Virus record (IMG/VR): IMGVR_UViG_637000105_000004
Length of the DNA stretch: 51,153 nt
From: a virus
Taxonomy: Duplodnaviria; Heunggongvirae; Uroviricota; Caudoviricetes
Strand: one strand, 5' to 3'
Below are positions 44,954-51,153 of the stretch, one piece after another. A model generated the notes under the pieces. It searched no databases and was not told the origin of the DNA. It worked only from the letters and a program-made list of their open reading frames with translations. A program made the position numbers and the translations under genes. The stretch's first letter is position 1. Each line of letters begins with the position of its first letter.

Positions 44954-45478
44954 ATGTCATTTATTAAAACTTTTTCCGGGAAGCATTTTTATTATGACAG
45001 GATAAATAAAGACGACATCGTTATTAACGATATCGCGGTTTCTCTTTCAAATATCTGTCGCTTTGCAGGACATCTTTCACATTTCTACAGCGTCGCCCAA
45101 CATGCGGTGCTTTGCAGCCAACTGGTACCGCAGGAATTTGCTTTTGAAGCGTTAATGCATGATGCAACAGAAGCGCATTGCCAGGACATCCCGGCGCCAC
45201 TGAAACGCCTTCTTCCTGACTATAAACGGATGGAAGAAAAAATAGACGCCGTAATCCGTGAGAAATACGGGTTACCCCCGGTTATGAGTACGCCCGTGAA
45301 ATATGCCGATCTCATCATGCTGGCAACCGAACGCCGCGATCTCGGGCTTGATGATGGCTCTTTCTGGCCCGTACTGGAAGGTATCCCGGCAACAGAGATG
45401 TTCAAAGTTATTCCACTGTCGCCAGGCCATACCTATGGGATGTTTATGGAACGCTTTAAAGAGTTAACTGAGTCGTAA
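44954..45478 (+). CDS. HD-domain phosphohydrolase (YfdR-like, about 174 aa)
   Basis: H...HD metal-binding pattern (HLSHFYSVAQHAV; MHDATEAH). Confidence 0.7.
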   Translation: MSFIKTFSGKHFYYDRINKDDIVINDIAVSLSNICRFAGHLSHFYSVAQHAVLCSQLVPQEFAFEALMHDATEAHCQDIPAPLKRLLPDYKRMEEKIDAVIREKYGLPPVMSTPVKYADLIMLATERRDLGLDDGSFWPVLEGIPATEMFKVIPLSPGHTYGMFMERFKELTES

Positions 45479-45586
45479 AAATCAGCACGTACGAATTCAA
45501 ACTCTGCCATAAAAGAACATATAAGTAATTTATTAACATATAGATATAGGTTATATTACAAATTGAAAAATTATTGGAGAGCAACA

Positions 45587-46453
45587 ATGAATCAAAATCC
45601 ATTCTCATTCTATGACTTTCTTGGATATTTAATACCAGGTGGTTTTTTTATCCTATTAATGTATTTCTGTGGTTTGACATTCGATCTAGATATTGTTATT
45701 GACTTAAGTGAATTGCTCAGAGGTCAAAGTCAAATCTTTGGCATTTTGAACTACGCTTCAATAGTTATTATATCTTATATAGCTGGACATTTTATTTCTA
45801 TCACATCAGCATTTTTTATCGAAAAATACATGAATAAAGAATTAGGATATCCTTCCAAATATCTATTTAAAAAATTGATAGATACCTCAGAAAGCATTTG
45901 TAGCCCATCATGCGATGAGAGAAGCGCTGATAAAAAAACAAAAATAAAGAATCGCATAATCAAATGCGTATTATGTCCAATAATACTATGGGATTTTATA
46001 ACACAAAAACTATGTTATTCTCAATCTCTACCATTTCATTTAGCTAATACAACATGGTTAATGATCAAAGAAGGTTATGAGAAAAAGTTCATAACAAATC
46101 GCCAATTATTACAAGATAAAAACGGACTTGATGATGATCTCTTCAGATTGGCATATCATTATGTTTATGAGTTTTCAAAACAACATCAAACAAAAATTCA
46201 AAACTATGTTGCATTATATGGTTTTTGCAGAAACATATGTTTAATCTTTATAATTTCATTTTGGGTATCAGTTCCAACCTTTATTTATCGATTATGTACT
46301 CATAGTGATTATCTTTATAGTTTACTTTCAATAATGCTTAGCTTTTTCTTCGTCTATGTTTTCTATGTTGGTTTTGTTAAATTTTATAGAAGATATACTT
46401 TAGAAGTATTAATGGCATTTGCTGTACTTCAAAGTAACGACACTATTCGTTAA
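45587..46453 (+). CDS. AT-rich integral membrane protein (about 288 aa, 4 predicted TM helices)
   Basis: GGAGAG Shine-Dalgarno 5 nt upstream of ATG; two TM helices at each end flanking a soluble middle; very low GC. Confidence 0.7.
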   Translation: MNQNPFSFYDFLGYLIPGGFFILLMYFCGLTFDLDIVIDLSELLRGQSQIFGILNYASIVIISYIAGHFISITSAFFIEKYMNKELGYPSKYLFKKLIDTSESICSPSCDERSADKKTKIKNRIIKCVLCPIILWDFITQKLCYSQSLPFHLANTTWLMIKEGYEKKFITNRQLLQDKNGLDDDLFRLAYHYVYEFSKQHQTKIQNYVALYGFCRNICLIFIISFWVSVPTFIYRLCTHSDYLYSLLSIMLSFFFVYVFYVGFVKFYRRYTLEVLMAFAVLQSNDTIR

Positions 46454-46494
46454 TAATGTTGCTCCCGTGTGCAGACGGGATAATGGAGAAACGT

Positions 46495-46701
46495 ATGCTG
46501 AACCTCGATTGTGTTCCTATCTCAACTTATTGCAAAGAAACTGGCGAAACTCCTGAAGCAATAAACAAACGTGTACAGCGCGGTGTTTGGCGTGAAGGTG
46601 TTCAGGTTTTAAAGGTTGAAGGCGTTAAGGAGAGGTGGATTGATCTTAGTGAGGTTGCAAAATGGGCCAGACAAAACTGCTCAAACTACCGCGCGGCGTA
46701 A
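46495..46701 (+). CDS. xis: Putative excisionase (Xis-like, 68 aa)
   Basis: Small basic DNA-binding-like ORF immediately upstream of and overlapping int; GGAG Shine-Dalgarno. Confidence 0.55.
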   Translation: MLNLDCVPISTYCKETGETPEAINKRVQRGVWREGVQVLKVEGVKERWIDLSEVAKWARQNCSNYRAA

Positions 46702-47834
46702 CAATCAGGAAACACCACCAGGGAGAAACGATCAATATAACTTTCACCTACAAAGGAGTTAGATGTCGTGAGCCGCTTTCCAATCTGGAAGTAACACCAA
46801 AGAACATTAAATACGCCGAGCGTACACTCGGCGAAATCCATAATAAGATCGAAAGGGGAACATTCATTTATGCAGAATATTTTCCCCGTTCTGCTCGTTT
46901 GAAAATTTTTGGTAATGCTGCTGCAAGCAAAACGGTAAAGATGTACCTAGACGAATATCTTGAAATCTGCGAAACAAGAAAACTTTCACCCTCTACGATT
47001 GGTGGCTATAAAAAATGCCGTAGTGCGTTAGCCTCACTTCACATTTGCCCTGCAAGTGAATTAACACCAGCAACCCTGAAAGCGTGGATTCAAAGCCAGA
47101 AAACAACCTTAAAAACCATTCGCAACCAGTTATCTTTCCTACGGTCAGCACTTGATGAAGCCGTGACCGATGGGGTACTTCAAATTAACCCCGTATCGTT
47201 AGTAACAGCTTCGCGCTACCAAAGTGATAAGTCAGAAGCAGAAAGCAGCTATGTGGTTGATCCGCTATCACCAGCAGAAGTTGATGCATTACTAGCAGCA
47301 GCCGGAAACAAACAATGGGAAAATCTGTTCCGGTTCGCCATACATACAGGCCTGCGTAGTTCTGAATTATGTGCCCTACGATGGCATGATATCGACTTTG
47401 TTGGAAAAACAGCCCATGTTCAGAGCGCAAGTGTTGTCGGAGTTATCAAAGGAACAAAGACAAAAGCCGGTACCCGTAAAGTTGAACTGACTGAAGAAGC
47501 AATGTTGGCGTTGATAAACCAGAAGCCATTTACATTCATGAAGGATGCTACTGTCTTTGAAGATCCAAAGACCAATAAACCCTGGACAAGTGCTGATGCA
47601 ATCAGGAAAAAAGCATGGGTGCCAACATTGCGAAAAGCAGGTATTCGTTACAGAAATCCATATCAAACTAGGCATACATTCGCCACCCGCCATATCAGCC
47701 GGGGAGCAAACCTGTTTTGGCTTGCAGCTCAAATGGGGCATAAAGGGCCGGAAATGTTATTTCGTCATTATGGTTCATATTTAAAGGAATATGACGGTAA
47801 TACGACCAGCAATATCACAAAAAAAGCCACTTAA
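46662..47834 (+). CDS. int: Tyrosine site-specific integrase (390 aa)
   Basis: N-terminal arm-binding type motif LPRGVTIRK...TFTYKGVRCRE; C-terminal catalytic region with R...HxxR...Y (RHTFATRHISRGANLFWLAAQMGHKGPEMLFRHYGSY). Confidence 0.92.
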   Translation: MGQTKLLKLPRGVTIRKHHQGETINITFTYKGVRCREPLSNLEVTPKNIKYAERTLGEIHNKIERGTFIYAEYFPRSARLKIFGNAAASKTVKMYLDEYLEICETRKLSPSTIGGYKKCRSALASLHICPASELTPATLKAWIQSQKTTLKTIRNQLSFLRSALDEAVTDGVLQINPVSLVTASRYQSDKSEAESSYVVDPLSPAEVDALLAAAGNKQWENLFRFAIHTGLRSSELCALRWHDIDFVGKTAHVQSASVVGVIKGTKTKAGTRKVELTEEAMLALINQKPFTFMKDATVFEDPKTNKPWTSADAIRKKAWVPTLRKAGIRYRNPYQTRHTFATRHISRGANLFWLAAQMGHKGPEMLFRHYGSYLKEYDGNTTSNITKKAT

Positions 47835-47847
47835 GTGGCTTTATCAA

Positions 47848-48231
47848 TTAGGAGGCTCTCGATTTAAGCATTTCCGTACACTTAGCAAAGAGCCTCTCAG
47901 TTGTTAGAATCGCAACTTCAGACTGTTTAGAAGTGACCGATTGATCAAGTCGATAGTCTGCAACAATCCTCTGAGCTTTAAGTTGACTCAGGATAAAACT
48001 AATCCCTTTTAGATATCTAGCTTCATATACTTCACTTCCTCTTGAAGCATCACCCTGCAAATAATTGATTAGCCCCTGATGACTGTCTTTCGGCCCGTTT
48101 ACCATACAAGGCAAGACATGATGGTAAGCGCCATAGTAGGATCTTGCTATAGCATTTCGATAGCCGATTTCGTCATTACGTTGATGACAGTCTTTTGCAA
48201 AACCGAGAAAATCTTGACTATTAACCGGCAT
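47848..48231 (-). CDS. Small AT-rich cargo protein (127 aa), possible HEPN-like domain
   Basis: GGAGGG Shine-Dalgarno 7 nt upstream of ATG at 48231; motif RSYYGAYHH fits Rx4-6H; second gene of a two-gene cassette. Confidence 0.6.
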   Translation of the reverse strand: MPVNSQDFLGFAKDCHQRNDEIGYRNAIARSYYGAYHHVLPCMVNGPKDSHQGLINYLQGDASRGSEVYEARYLKGISFILSQLKAQRIVADYRLDQSVTSKQSEVAILTTERLFAKCTEMLKSRAS

Positions 48232-49036
48232 GTGCAACCCTCCGGGTAATCAGACCTAATTCGGAGATAGCATTCTGCTCAATATGAGTGTCTTTACATT
48301 CAAACCAAACAGTAAAATCTTTACCGACTAAACAATCGTGCTCAGCCATTGAAAAAGCAAGCTCAATATTCATATCAGCGATTTGTTCAGCATCAGAAGA
48401 CTTTGTCATGAATACAATCGCATTCACTTTCTCTTCCGAAATATTATAAAAACGCATTCCCGAAAGATGAACCTTCTGAGAATCCATGACATTGGCTACA
48501 TTATTGAAAATAAGTTCATATTCTAAACCAGAAAGATCGGCACGTTGCTTAAAGGATTCGACCTGGGAAACAACTTCATCAAAATTGTTGTCCATTTTTT
48601 CAGGCTCCTTATCTCCGAACAATTTAGAGTATGACTGGAAATACTTCTCCGCCAACGCCATTTTCCCCATAAAGAGGGAGTTTTCATAAGCTTGAAGATA
48701 AATAAACGGGGATACGAAGCTTTCAGCAAGCTTAATGCTTGTTTCAAAGCTTTTCTTCAACGTACCGTAATCTGACAAGAAAACAAGAAAATTCTTTGCA
48801 ACAACCTTATTATGGCATACCTGCAAGGAACGCTCAAAGAAGCCTATCGCCTCATTCACTTGACCATGTGCACCATAGACCAACGCTAAAAGATAGTCCT
48901 CAGAGACAGGATCTCTAAGTGCTTCAATCTCACGTAACATCCTTCTAAAGTTAAAGTCATCAATCCTCACTCCATCTTTGAGGTATTTAGTTAGCCCCGC
49001 GCTAATAACTGATGCTTTTTTTGCTGGCTGCAACAT
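48221..49036 (-). CDS. AT-rich cargo protein (271 aa) with TPR-like helical N-terminal region
   Basis: First gene of two-gene cassette between int and attR; 8-bp gap to downstream gene; no family recognised. Confidence 0.65.
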   Translation of the reverse strand: MLQPAKKASVISAGLTKYLKDGVRIDDFNFRRMLREIEALRDPVSEDYLLALVYGAHGQVNEAIGFFERSLQVCHNKVVAKNFLVFLSDYGTLKKSFETSIKLAESFVSPFIYLQAYENSLFMGKMALAEKYFQSYSKLFGDKEPEKMDNNFDEVVSQVESFKQRADLSGLEYELIFNNVANVMDSQKVHLSGMRFYNISEEKVNAIVFMTKSSDAEQIADMNIELAFSMAEHDCLVGKDFTVWFECKDTHIEQNAISELGLITRRVAHAG

Positions 49037-49465
49037 TAAAAACCTTATCTTACAAATAGTTGGTAATGATGTTGAATTATTTTTTGTTCTTTATGGCTAA
49101 TAAGATTACATGAAGGGACAACTTCTGGCCACCTTAGAAAACACTCACTTTAGTAACAAGAGTCAATAATATTGTTGACAAATCACAAAAAAACAAACTT
49201 ATCCAAAACAATCTGGTTTATTACAAAGCCTCTGTGCATAAATCTGTGTATAACATCATTTTTACACACATTTTTATAAAAATATTTTTTAGCAAAAAAT
49301 GCTATCTATCTCCGAAACTGCAACCACAAACCATTAATTCCAAATGAAACTATTTTAAAATAAATAGTAAGACAGTAACAGGACGGAAAAAGTTCCGCAA
49401 AAGAGCCGCGTGTAAAATCAACAATATTTGGCTATTTAAATTCAATGAATTACATAACTATGGAC

Positions 49466-49497
49466 ACGGGTTCAACTCCCGCCAGCTCCACCAATCA
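49466..49497. repeat. attR core: displaced copy of the ssrA 3' end (direct repeat of 1034-1065)
   Basis: 32-bp exact match to the ssrA 3' end, followed by ~150 bp of diverged ssrA-downstream homology. Confidence 0.75.
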
Positions 49498-49620
49498 TGA
49501 TTGGACGGTGTAAGGACTACACCAACAAAAACAGGAAGTTATAAGTCTCAGCAGGACACCGACCAGACGGTGAGGAGACAAAAAAGGATACGCAACGGAG
49601 TCGCGACTCCCTATGACATT

Positions 49621-49649
49621 AAAGCCCGCTGATGCGGGCTTTTTTATTG
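49621..49649 (+). terminator. Terminator-like hairpin homologous to the ssrA terminator
   Basis: aaagcccgctgatgcgggctttttta. Confidence 0.6.
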
Positions 49650-50076
49650 GTCCTGACCCGCCCTGAATAGAATTCATCCAATTACAGTCCAGACATATAC
49701 AGTATCCCTCAGCTCAGTATCAGCTTCTCGACAAATGGTCACTGTTATTTACCCGTTGCCAGAAAGAGAATAATTTGCCCCCATAGCCAGCCTTCCTGGA
49801 ATCTGTATATTCATTAATATTGTTATCGATTCCATCAAGTAACATAGGTTGGATGCGATTGATCTTACTCACATTAGTCGACACGGAACTCAGTAAGTTG
49901 AACTCTGAAAAAGCAGTTTAAATAGCATTTAAACAAATGCCACCAGTTCGAAAAAGAGTATAAGCACACTTAATATATTGTTTTAATTATTCATTTCCTT
50001 TCAACCCAATTCTTATCCCTCACATTATTTGTTATTAATTTGTTGTTTTTGATCACAATAAGAAAACAATATGTAA

Positions 50077-51153
<1,077 letters not shown>

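Overview
The window is the smpB-ssrA locus of an Escherichia coli-type chromosome carrying a ~48.4 kb lambdoid prophage inserted in the 3' end of ssrA (tmRNA); the right chromosomal flank is csiD/glaH. A 32-bp direct repeat of the ssrA 3' end marks both ends (attL 1034-1065, attR 49466-49497). The prophage is a mosaic: a complete lambda-like head/tail module on the minus strand (Nu1 to J, lom, stf), an intact lambda-like cos site, a Qin/phage-21-like lysis and late region (Q, cspF, cspB, S21-type holin, endolysin, Rz/Rz1, cspI, gnsB), a nin-type region (RusA, KilA-N, DUF968, LexA-like), an iteron-containing replication initiator, a cro/cI immunity switch, and yfdP/Q/R-like early genes followed by xis-int. 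No N-like antiterminator, exo/bet, tfa or helicase-loader gene was recognised. The most interesting content is AT-rich cargo clustered around the attachment site: a two-gene cassette between int and attR (TPR-like protein plus a small possibly HEPN-like protein), a single 306-aa gene between ssrA and a relic tRNA-Pro 3' fragment, and a 4-TM membrane protein upstream of xis. Further observations include a GC-rich ~430-nt structured non-coding segment with an rrn-type boxA upstream, an IS200 insertion between lom and stf, a frameshifted dinI-like gene, a LexA DNA-binding-domain-only protein, and a conserved G-T frameshift site. All homology statements are from reading the translations and from memory of the protein families; no database search was run.
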